This document shows, one piece after another, positions 53,345-64,000 of a stretch of 64,000 nucleotides of DNA (positions within the stretch are counted from its first letter, which is position 1; each line of letters begins with the position of its first letter). The notes under the pieces are model-generated. The model was not told the DNA's origin, searched no databases, and saw nothing but the letters and a program-made list of their open reading frames with translations. The stretch is taken from contig CAVQVY010000038.1 in assembly GCA_963717185.1 (NCBI GenBank), positions 103,798-167,797 of the forward strand. The letters run 5' to 3'. This DNA comes from Candidatus Dormiibacterota bacterium. Lineage in GTDB: Bacteria; Chloroflexota; Dormibacteria; Aeolococcales; Aeolococcaceae. Made by a program: the position numbers and the translations under genes.

Positions 53345-55786
53345 ATGACCGAGACGACGTCCCCCCCGAGCACCACCGCGTCGCGCACGCTCGACGCCTA
53401 CGACCCCTCCGCGGTCGAGGCGAAGTGGCGGCGCACCTGGGACGAACGCGGCGACTACCGCACCGACCTGGAGTCGGAGGACCGTCCCTTCTACAACCTC
53501 TCCATGTTCCCGTACCCGTCCGCGGAAGGCCTGCACGTCGGCCACATGGTCCCGTACACCGGCATCGACATCCACGGGCGCTGGCGGCGCCTGCACGGTG
53601 ACAACGTGTTCCAGCCGATGGGCTTCGACGCCTTCGGGATCCACAGCGAGAACTACGCGCTGAAGATCGGCGAGCACCCCGCGGTGGTGATGCGCCGCGC
53701 GGTCGCCAACTTCCGCGAGAACCAGCTGAAGATGATCGGCGCCATGTTCGACTGGGAGCACCAGGTGAACACGGCCGACCCCGCCTACTACCGCTGGACC
53801 CAGTGGATCTTCCTCCAGCTGTTCAAGGCGGGCCTGGCGGAGTGGCGTGACGGCGCGGTGCTGTGGTGCCCGTCGTGTCTCACCGTGCTCGCCAACGAAC
53901 AGGTGGAGCAGGGCAGGTGCGAGCGCTGTGGCTCGGTGGTGGAGACACGGTGGCTGCGCCAGTGGTGGCTGAAGATCACCAACTACGCAGCCGAGCTGCT
54001 CGACGCCCTGGACACGCTGGACTGGTCGAAGTCGACCAAGCTGATGCAGCGGAACTGGATCGGCAGGCGCGAGGGCGCGCGCATCGTCTTCGACCTCGAG
54101 GGCTGCGAGCGCAAGGACGTGGCCGTCTTCACCACGCGCCCGGACACCCTCTACGGGGCCACCTTCCTGGTCATCGCCGCCGACCACCCGCAGCTCGAGG
54201 AGTTCGTGCCCGATGACCGGCGCGGAGAGGTCAACGCCTGGCGCAACCGGATCCCGGGGCCGGACGCCGAGCCGGACTTCACGGTTGGGATCGACCTCGG
54301 CTCCTGGGCCATCCATCCGCTCACCGGGCGGCGCCTCCCGGTGTGGGCCGCGCCGTATGTCCTCTTCGACTACGGCACCGGCGCGATCATGGCGGTGCCC
54401 GCGCATGACGAGCGCGACCACGCGTTCGCGGCCGCCCACAGGCTGCCGGTGATCGAGGTGGTCGCACCCCCCGAGCCGGTCGAGGGTGCGTACGCCGGCC
54501 AGGGCACGATGGTGAACAGCGGCGACTTCGACGGGCTGACCTCGGACGAGGGCCGGCGGCGCATCGTCGAGCGTCTCGAGAACAGCCAGCGCGGCGAGGC
54601 CACCATCACGTACCGGCTGCGGGACTGGCTGGTCTCGCGCCAGCGGTACTGGGGTCCGCCGATTCCCATCATCCACTGCACCAAGGACGGCCAGGTGCCT
54701 GTCCCCGAGGAGGACCTCCCGGTGCTGCTGCCCGAGGTGGAGGACTTCCGCCCCACCGGCACCGGCGTCTCCCCGCTGGCCACCGTCGAGGAGTGGGTCA
54801 ACGTGACCTGCCCGGTCTGCGGTGGGCCAGCGCGTCGCGAGACCGACGTCAGCGACACGTTCGTGGACTCCTCCTGGTACTACCTGCGCTACCCGTCGAC
54901 CGACTTCGACGACGTGGCCTTCGACCCCGATCGCACCAAGCGCTGGCTGCCGGTGGACATGTACATCGGGGGCAACGAGCACGCCGTCCGCCACCTGCTG
55001 TACGCGCGCTTCGTGATGCGGGCGCTGCATGGCCTCGGACTCGTCGATGAACCTGAGCCGTTCACACGGTTCCGAGCACACGGGATGATCGTCAAGGACG
55101 GCTTCAAGATGTCGAAGAGCCGTGGCAACGTCGTCAACCCCGATGAGTACATCGAGAAGTACGGCGCCGACACCTTCCGGCTGTACCTGATGTTTCTCGG
55201 CCCGTACACCGCGGGCGGCGACTTCCGCGATGAGGGCATCACCGGGGTCACGCGCTTCCTGCACCGTGTCTGGCGCGGCACCCAGCACGCCACCGGCGTC
55301 GACCTCGACGACGAGCTGCGCGAACGGCGCCGCCACCGGCTCATCGGGGGCGTCGACGAGGACATCGCCGGGCTGCACTTCAACACCGCGATCGCCCAGC
55401 TCATGGAGTTCGCCCGCGAGGTCGACCAGGAGGCCACCGAGGGCCGCGGCCGCCGCGTCGACGCCGAGACCCTGCTGCTCTGCCTGGCGCCGTTCGCGCC
55501 CTACATCACCGAGGAGCTGTGGCAGCGCACCGGGCACGAGGGGTCGGTGCACGGCCGCGGGCAGTGGCCCGAACACGACCCAGCCCTTGCCGCACGGGTC
55601 GAGGTCGAGGTCGCCGTGCAGGTGAACGGCAAGCTGCGCGGCACCCTGACCGTCCCGGCCGGGACCGGCCAGGACGAGTTGCGCCAGCGCGCGCTGGAGC
55701 TGCCGCGCGTGGTGGCGTTGCTGGCCGGGGCCGAGCCGCGCAAGGTGATCGCCGTCGTCGACCGCGTCGTCAACCTGGTCGTCTAG
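53345..55786 (+). CDS. leuS: leucine--tRNA ligase
   Basis: 813 aa, intact. HMGH-type HVGHMVPYTGIDI, CP1 editing domain, KMSKS present as FKMSKSRGN. Confidence 0.9.
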   Translation: MTETTSPPSTTASRTLDAYDPSAVEAKWRRTWDERGDYRTDLESEDRPFYNLSMFPYPSAEGLHVGHMVPYTGIDIHGRWRRLHGDNVFQPMGFDAFGIHSENYALKIGEHPAVVMRRAVANFRENQLKMIGAMFDWEHQVNTADPAYYRWTQWIFLQLFKAGLAEWRDGAVLWCPSCLTVLANEQVEQGRCERCGSVVETRWLRQWWLKITNYAAELLDALDTLDWSKSTKLMQRNWIGRREGARIVFDLEGCERKDVAVFTTRPDTLYGATFLVIAADHPQLEEFVPDDRRGEVNAWRNRIPGPDAEPDFTVGIDLGSWAIHPLTGRRLPVWAAPYVLFDYGTGAIMAVPAHDERDHAFAAAHRLPVIEVVAPPEPVEGAYAGQGTMVNSGDFDGLTSDEGRRRIVERLENSQRGEATITYRLRDWLVSRQRYWGPPIPIIHCTKDGQVPVPEEDLPVLLPEVEDFRPTGTGVSPLATVEEWVNVTCPVCGGPARRETDVSDTFVDSSWYYLRYPSTDFDDVAFDPDRTKRWLPVDMYIGGNEHAVRHLLYARFVMRALHGLGLVDEPEPFTRFRAHGMIVKDGFKMSKSRGNVVNPDEYIEKYGADTFRLYLMFLGPYTAGGDFRDEGITGVTRFLHRVWRGTQHATGVDLDDELRERRRHRLIGGVDEDIAGLHFNTAIAQLMEFAREVDQEATEGRGRRVDAETLLLCLAPFAPYITEELWQRTGHEGSVHGRGQWPEHDPALAARVEVEVAVQVNGKLRGTLTVPAGTGQDELRQRALELPRVVALLAGAEPRKVIAVVDRVVNLVV

Positions 55787-55908
55787 ACACCGGCGCCATC
55801 GCCGCGCCCGGAGATCAGCTCAGCCCTCGGTGGGAAGCGTGAGCGGCCCGGATCGACATAATCCGACACCTTCATGCCCACCTTGCCAGCGGACCGGGTG
55901 GTCCACAC

Positions 55909-57085
55909 ATGACCTTGATCGTCGGCATCGCGGACGAGTCGCGCGATGGTGAGCGCCGCGTCGCCGCCAGCCCGGCGAGCGTGCGTGCCCTGGTGGCGGC
56001 CGAGCACGAGGTCGTGGTGCAGAGCGGCGCCGGGGCTGCGGCGGGCTGGGCCGACGAGGAGTACACGGCGGCGGGCGCGACCATCGCGGCAACGGCCGCC
56101 GAGGTGCTGAAGAAGGCGTCGGTGCTCCTCTGCGTCCGCGGCAGCGGCGCCGGCGCGGCGACGTGGGAGGGGGTCGGCGAGTCGCACACCCTGGCCGGGC
56201 TGTTCGACCCGCTCGGCGAGCCCGCCGCGATCGAGAGGCTGGCCAAGCGTGGCGCCACGGTCTTCGCGATCGACCTGCTGCCGCGCATCACCCGCGCCCA
56301 GCCCATGGACGTGCTCTCGTCACAGGCGACGGTCGCGGGGTACAAGGCTGTGATCGTGGCCGCCTCCCTGTCACCGCGGCTGTTCCCGATGCTCACCTAT
56401 GCGGCCGGCACCATCCCGCCGGCCAAGGTGCTGGTGCTCGGCGCCGGTGTCGCCGGCCTGCAGGCGATCGCGACGGCGCGCCGCCTCGGCGCCAACGTCA
56501 GCGCCTACGACGTCCGCGCGGCGGTGCGCGAGCAGATCGAGAGCCTGGGCGCCCGCTTCGTCGACCTCGCGGACGTCGCCGCCGGCGAGGAGGACGCCTC
56601 GGGGTACGCGACCGGGGCGGACGAGGCGGAGCTGGCGCGCCAGCAGGAGGCGCTCGCCGCGGAGATCAGCGCAAGCGACGTGGTGGTGACCACCGCCCTG
56701 GTGCCGGGTCAGCGCTCCCCGATCCTGGTCACCGCCGCGGCGATCGAGGCGATGAAGCCGGGCTCGGTGATCGTCGACCTCGCCGCCGAGCGTGGCGGCA
56801 ACTGCGAGGGCACCGTCGCGGGTGAGACCGTGGAGATCGGCGGGGTGACCCTGGTCGGTGCCGAGAACCTGCCCGCCACGGTCCCGCAGGACGCCAGCCA
56901 GATGCTCGGCCGCAACCTCGCCAACTTCGTCATCCACATCGCCACCGACGGCGCCATCAACCTCGACGGCGACGACCCGATCGTGCAGGGGACCCTGGTG
57001 CCCGCGGGGGGAAGGTCGTCAACGAGCGCGTCGCCGCCCTGGTCGACCCGACGAGGGCGGGCGCGTCCGCTGAGGCCGGCTCGTG
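55909..57085 (+). CDS. pntA: NAD(P) transhydrogenase subunit alpha part 1 (dI, alanine-DH-like); one frame change in a G-run at 57006-57011
   Basis: The dI domain with GAGVAGLQAIATARRLGA Rossmann is in ORF 55909-58323. The true C-terminus ...AGGKVVNERVAALVDPTRAGASAEAGS* ends at TGA 57083-57085 in the adjacent frame. The supplied 804-aa ORF is a frameshift read-through artefact. Confidence 0.75.
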
Positions 57086-57361
57086 AACATCGAGACCGGC
57101 CTCTACGTCTTCCTGCTGGCGTCGTTCCTCGGGTTCGAGCTGATCCGCCGCGTCCCCCAGCTGCTGCACACCCCGCTGATGTCGCTGACCAACGCCATCT
57201 CGGGCATCGCGCTGGTCGGCTCCATCGTCATCGTCGGCAGCTCGCGTTCGGTCACCACCACGGTGCTGGGAACCATCGCCATCGCAGCGTCGTCGTCGAA
57301 CGTCATCGGCGGCTTCCTGCTCACCGACCGGATGTTGCGCATGTTCAGGAAGCGCCGCTGA
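57083..57361 (+). CDS. NAD(P) transhydrogenase subunit alpha part 2 (small membrane subunit)
   Basis: 92 aa, 3 TM helices. GTGA overlap with pntAA; its TGA overlaps the pntB ATG. Confidence 0.75.
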   Translation: MNIETGLYVFLLASFLGFELIRRVPQLLHTPLMSLTNAISGIALVGSIVIVGSSRSVTTTVLGTIAIAASSSNVIGGFLLTDRMLRMFRKRR

Positions 57362-58831
57362 TGCGCGACACCATTGTCCAGTACCTCTACCTCGCGGCAG
57401 GCCTGTCGTTCATCTTCGCGATCAAGTGGATGACAGCGCCGACCACGGCGCGCCGGGGGGTCTTCGCCGGCGAGATCGGCATGGTGCTGGCGGTGGTGGG
57501 CACCTTCGTGCGTCCCGAGGTGACGCAGTTCACCTGGATCGTGGTCGGACTCATGGCAGGTGCCGCCATCGGTGTGCCGCTGGCGGCGTTCGTGCCCATG
57601 ACCGCGATGCCGCAGCGGACCGCGCTCTCGCATGCATTCGGCGCGGCCGCGGCCACGCTCGTCGGCGTGGCGGAGTACATCATCCGCCAGCCCCACCTCG
57701 ACCGATTCACCACGGTGGTGCTCGGCATCGAGGTCCTGCTGGGTGGCCTGACGGTGACGGGCAGCCTGATGGCGTTCGGCAAGCTGCAGGAGATCATCCA
57801 GGGGCGTCCCGTGGTCTATCGCGGCCAGAACGTCGTCAACCTGACCATCCTCGCCGTGGCGCTGGCCGGCATCGCGTGGCTGGCGATCGACCCGAGCATG
57901 GTGTTCGTCTTCGGCGTGGTGGTCGCCGCCGCGGTGGTCTTCGGGGTGCTGCTGATCATCCCGATCGGTGGTGCGGACATGCCCACAGTGATCGCGCTGC
58001 TCAACTCGTACGCAGGGCTGTCGGCCGTGGCCATGGGTTTCGCTCTCGACAACAAGGTCCTCGAGATCGCCGGCGCGCTCGACGGCTCGTCGGGGTTCAT
58101 CCTCGCGGTGGTCATGTGCCGCGCCATGAACCGCAACTTCCGCAACATCCTCTTCGGCGCCTTCGGCCAGGTGACCATGTCGTCGAGGTCACGGAGCGGA
58201 CGACCGGCCGGTGCGCAGCGGCACCAGCGTGGACGGCGCGGCCATCCTCGACGGCGCGCGCATGGTGGTGATCATCCCGGGGTACGGCATGGCGGTGGCC
58301 CAGGCGCAGCACAAGGTGCGTGAGCTGTCGGACGCTCTCGAGCGCAACGGCAGCGAGGTCCGCTTCGCGATCCACCCCGTGGCCGGCCGCATGCCGGGGC
58401 ACATGAACGTGCTGCTCGCCGAGGCGGACGTGCCCTATGACCACATGGTGGAGCTCGAGGAGGCCAACGAGCTGCTCTCCCGCGCCGACGTGGCGATCGT
58501 CATCGGCGCCAACGACGTCACCAACCCGGCTGCCAAGAACGAGCCGGGCAGCCCCGTGTACGGCATGCCCATCCTCGACGTCGACAGCGCGGGCAGCGTG
58601 CTGGTGATCAAGCGAAGCATGGCGCCGGGCTTCGCAGGCATCGGCAACGAGCTGTACTACCTGCCCAACACCACCATGCTGTTCGGTGACGCCAAGCAGG
58701 TGGTGGGCGCGCTGGTGAGCGACCTCGCGGAGATCCCGCTGAGACAGCACCCGGCCGCGCGTCAGCTCGTTGGTTCTGTCTCGCCCCCGCTGTCGACGTC
58801 CTGGATGAACCGCACCAGGCCCTCGAAATAG
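57361..58831 (+). CDS. pntB: NAD(P) transhydrogenase subunit beta (one frame change near 58190; the real 3' end is probably earlier than the ORF stop)
   Basis: The membrane domain is in the 55909-58323 ORF's other frame from MRDTIVQYLYLAAGLSFIFAIKWM. The dIII NADP domain is in ORF 58211-58831 (VIIPGYGMAVAQAQH...VIGANDVTNPAA...GIGNELYY). Confidence 0.75.
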
Positions 58832-59736
58832 GTTGCCTGGTCGTCGTACATGGCCATGTGGCTGCCGTTGCCGCAGAGCAGGAAGCGGCCGTTCGGCAGC
58901 TTCGTGGACAGCATCTCCATGTGCGCGGGGTCCATGGTGTCGTGGGTCGCGCCGATGACCAGCGTCGGCACGGTGATGTCGTGGAGGTCGGCGACCCGGT
59001 CCCAGTGCGCGAGCTTGCCGCGGCGCCGAGCTCGCTCGGGCCCTGCATCGGGACGTAGATCGACTGGTTGATGCGCGCGAATGCTCGGTTGGCGGGATCG
59101 GGCCATTCCTCAGCGGGCATGCGCAGCACGTGGTGCTCGTAGTGGTGCGGGATCAGCAGCTCCATGTAGCGCGGGTTCTCGTAGTCCCCGGCCGCCTCGA
59201 GCTGCTTGATCTCCGCGAGCGCCGCCTGGTCCATGGCCGGCATGAGGACCTCGTTGGCGTACGCGTTGTAGGCCGGGATGCTGGCCATCATGTTCGAGAT
59301 CACCAGCCCCTTCAGGTGGCGCTGGTGGCGCAGCGCGTACTCGATGGCGAGGATCCCGCCCCACGAGTGTCCGAGCAGGAAGAAGTTGTCCGCTGTCCAG
59401 CCCCAGCGCCTGCCGCACCTGCTCGACTTCGTCGACGAAGCGGTCGAGGTCCCACAGGTCGGGGTCGTCGGGCTGGTCGCTGTAGGCCGAGCCGAGCTGG
59501 TCGTAGTAGTAGTACTCGATGCCCGCCGCCGGCAGGTAGCTGTCGGCCGCCTCGAAATACTCGTGGGTCGCCGCCGGGCCGCCGTGGAGGAAGAGGAGCT
59601 TCGCGGTCGGGTTGTTGCCGACGCGCTTGGTCCAGACCCGGAACTCACCCTTGGGCGTGGTGATGGGGACCAGCTTCACCCCGCCGCCGAGCAGGTCGTC
59701 GCGACCTGAGTAGTCCAGGTACTGTGCCTCGTTCAT
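58762..59736 (-). CDS. pip: proline iminopeptidase (S33 alpha/beta hydrolase), 2 frame changes
   Basis: The N-terminus is in ORF 59110-59736 (LLFLHGGPAATHEYF). The nucleophile elbow GHSWGG is in ORF 58608-59648. The C-terminus is in ORF 58762-59106. Confidence 0.7.
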
Positions 59737-59793
59737 CGTTCACCCCCACAACGGCGCGGCGCCTGCCTCCGCGGGCTCAGCGCAGGGTAGCGG

Positions 59794-60249
59794 TCATCGC
59801 GGGCCGAGTCTCGGCCCCTCGAAGAGCATCGGGGTGTGGGCGATGCCGTCCTCCACGTAGTCCGGGCCGCTTCGCTCGAACCCGATGCTCTCGTACCAGT
59901 CGGCCAGCCGTGCCTGGGCGGCGACGCGGACCGGCCCGGTCGCCCTGCCGAGCGCGTGACCGACCAGGAGGGTGCCCAGGCCGCGGCCGCGGTGGGACGG
60001 TGCGGTGACCACCCGGCCGAGCCATGTCGCGGCGTCGGGGCCGGGGTAGCTGCGCAGATAGGACACCGGCGCGGCCTGGTCCTCTACCCAGAGGTGCTCC
60101 GTCGTGTCGAGGACGTCGCGGCCGTCGAGCTCGTGGTAGGGGCAGCCCTGTTCGACGACGAATGTGTCGAGCCGCAGCCGGACGATGTCGTGGAATGTGC
60201 GCGTGCTCAGCTCGGCGAAGCGGGCAACGTGGATCGAAGGTGCGGTCAC
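59794..60249 (-). CDS. GNAT-family N-acetyltransferase (ElaA-like)
   Basis: 151 aa, intact. Acetyl-CoA motif RGRGLGTLLVGHAL. Confidence 0.7.
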   Translation of the reverse strand: MTAPSIHVARFAELSTRTFHDIVRLRLDTFVVEQGCPYHELDGRDVLDTTEHLWVEDQAAPVSYLRSYPGPDAATWLGRVVTAPSHRGRGLGTLLVGHALGRATGPVRVAAQARLADWYESIGFERSGPDYVEDGIAHTPMLFEGPRLGPR

Positions 60250-60365
60250 GCCGACAGCCTAGTCGGGGAGCCCGTTCGCTGTTCACAAGCCGTCAGATCG
60301 ACCGGTAACGGTGCCTCGCGGGTCTGGCCCGACGGCCCTGCGAGTCGCTACGATCCACCACGCCC

Positions 60366-61669
60366 ATGGACATTCAGGATGGTGTGGGACGGCGGATGGA
60401 GCCGGGCACGGGCGCGTGGGCGCTGCCTGCGTCTCAGATGCTCGTCGCCGACCTGGTCGAGGAGTTCAACTCGGCGCCCGACAGCGAGACGCTGGTGGCC
60501 CGCGTGCTTCATCGCGCCGTCCTGGAGACCCGGTCCGACCGCGCCGTGATCTCGTGGATCGACGGCGACGAGATGATCGTGGCCGGATGCCTCGACCCCT
60601 TCGGTGAGCCGGTGGTCACCGGCAGCCGCTGGCCGCTCGCCGGCGAGCAGGTGAGTGTCCTGGCCCTCTCCGCAGGGCGGTGCGGAGGCGGGGACGCTCG
60701 ATGGGACGGCCCCGGGCCTTGCCGACGCCAGCCCGGCGCTGCTCGACACCTATGCCGGCCTCAAGCAACTGCTGGTGGCGCCGGTGTCGGCGGCCGGCGA
60801 GCACACGGCCATCCTCTGTGTGAGCCGGCGGCGGGCCGAGGAGTTCGCCGCCGAGGACCGCGACGCGCTCGACGCCATCGCCCGCTCCGCCGCCCAGCCG
60901 CTCCGCGCTGCTCGGCTCGACGACCTGCTCGGCGCCGCGCTGGCAGAGCTGGGTGAACGGCTCGCCGGGGAGGAATCGGTGGAACGGGTCAAGACGGACG
61001 TCCTGCGCCTGGCCTCGCACGAGCTGCGCAGCCCGCTGACCGTCCTGCACGGCTACCTGTCGCTGATCCGCGGCGGCTTCTTCGGCGAGCTCCCCGGGCC
61101 GCTCGACGACGTCATGAAGATCCTCGAGCGCCGCACCGGGGAGATGAATGCGCTGGTCAACGACATGCTGCTGGCCGCCCGCATGGAGGACGATCCGTCT
61201 CCCGCGACGGCGGAGACCGTCGACCTCCGGTCCCTGGTGCGCGAGGCCGCCGAACTCGGTGGCACCACGCGCCTCGGAGCTGCACCGGCTGCATGTCGAG
61301 GTGCCCGAGGAGCCTGTGCTCGCTCGCGTCGACGCCCAGCGGGTGGTCCTGGCCCTGCGCAACATCATCGACAACGCCGTCAAGTACTCGCCCGACGGCG
61401 GCGACGTGACCTGCTGCGTCGTCGACGACCGCGAAACAGCCAGGATTCGCGTCGCCGACCACGGGCTGGGGATCGCCCCCGAGGACCGCGACAAGCTGTT
61501 CACCCGTTTCGGCAGGGTCGTGACCACCGCCAACTCGCACATCCCCGGGCTCGGGCTTGGCCTGTACTTCACGCGCGAGGTGGCGCGCCGCCACGGAGGC
61601 GACGTGGCCCTCGTCGACGGCGACGGCGAGGCGACCGTCTTCGAGCTGACCCTGCCGCTGGCGCCCTAG
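60366..61669 (+). CDS. cytoplasmic GAF-domain sensor histidine kinase, paralog of the 21093-22326 gene (2 frame changes)
   Basis: GAF is in ORFs 60366-60956 and 60655-61944. H-box LRLASHELRSPLTVLHGYLSLI. HATPase_c is in ORF 61148-61669 (DNAVKYSPDGG; ADHGLGIAPE; GLGLGLYF). Confidence 0.7.
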
Positions 61670-61674
61670 CCGGC

Positions 61675-63791
<2,117 letters not shown>

Positions 63792-63795
<4 letters not shown>

Positions 63796-64000
63796 CCAAC
63801 CCTCTCCAGCAGCGCTGCCGGGAAGGTGGCGAGCAGGTCCGCGAGGGCCACCTCGCCTCCCGACATCGTGGTCCCGTCGCAGAGGTTGCGCCAGTGGCCG
63901 TCGGGCAACGAGATCATGGTGTCTCCCCAGCTCCCGCTCCGCGTGAGGGAGCGGCGTTGTGCTATCGCGATCACCGCTGCGGGGAGACCCCGGATGAAGG
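63792..64000 (-). CDS. 3' end of an unidentified upstream gene (partial, runs off the window end); its stop overlaps the glgX start
   Basis: The ORF track frame 63792-63974 is in the same orientation as glgX, with a 4-nt stop/start overlap. There is too little sequence to assign a family. Confidence 0.3.

Noticed and set aside
53045-55576. 843-aa minus-strand ORF spanning almost all of leuS
   Set aside because: It is Arg/Gly/Pro/Asp-rich with no motifs, lies antisense to an intact leuS that has clear catalytic motifs, and is a typical GC3-driven open frame in >70% GC DNA.
55909-58323. Single 804-aa protein reading from pntAA through pntAB into pntB
   Set aside because: Only the first roughly 365 residues are PntAA. 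After the G-run at 57006-57011 the frame is wrong, and pntAB and pntB are separate genes in other frames.

Overview
This 64-kb window reads as high-GC actinobacterial chromosome: opcA is present and the gene content is Actinomycetota-like housekeeping. It contains no rRNA operon, CRISPR array, transposase or integrase.

Coding density is high, and third-codon-position GC is so extreme that long spurious antisense ORFs are everywhere. I called genes by family-level motifs and codon bias, not by ORF length.

Recognisable content, in order:
- a partial amino-acid ABC substrate-binding lipoprotein at the window edge;
- a tight 4-gene catabolic operon (class-III aminotransferase, aldehyde dehydrogenase, alpha/beta hydrolase, FAD amine oxidase);
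- uppP divergent from an MFS transporter;
- a parvulin-type PPIase lipoprotein and thpR;
- aceE, pepN, a cystathionine gamma-synthase-family gene, cystathionine beta-synthase, glgP and rpe;
- a GAF histidine kinase followed by a PHP-domain protein;
- a complete, translationally coupled pentose-phosphate operon, tkt, tal-pgi fusion, gnd, zwf, opcA, pgl;
- tRNA-Arg(ACG) and a surface protein;
- a same-strand run of BON-domain protein, ATP-dependent DNA ligase, topoisomerase IB, kynA and kynU;
- two tandemly duplicated HD-GYP phosphodiesterase genes with an unusual Pro/Thr linker and Cys-rich C-terminal repeat;
- DedA and EamA transporters;
- a decayed second ALDH, a polysaccharide deacetylase, a HAD hydrolase divergent from prmC, and a decayed esterase;
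- a Tat-secreted BBE-type FAD oxidase, a class II aldolase, tRNA-Thr(CGT), an SGL lactonase-like gene and leuS;
- pntAA, pntAB and pntB;
- proline iminopeptidase, a GNAT acetyltransferase, a second GAF histidine kinase and glgX.

The most interesting part is the 33.6-42.0 kb stretch. It holds the BON-ligase-TopIB cluster and the duplicated HD-GYP genes.

A very large fraction of otherwise recognisable genes are interrupted by frame changes, and one carries an in-frame TAG. These include central-metabolism genes (aceE, zwf, tkt, tal-pgi, gnd, cbs, glgP). Other long genes such as leuS, glgX, the first ALDH and the BBE oxidase are intact. From sequence alone I cannot tell indel sequencing error from genuine genome decay. 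Both readings are stated where relevant. All coordinates for interrupted genes are the span over which homology is traceable across frames.
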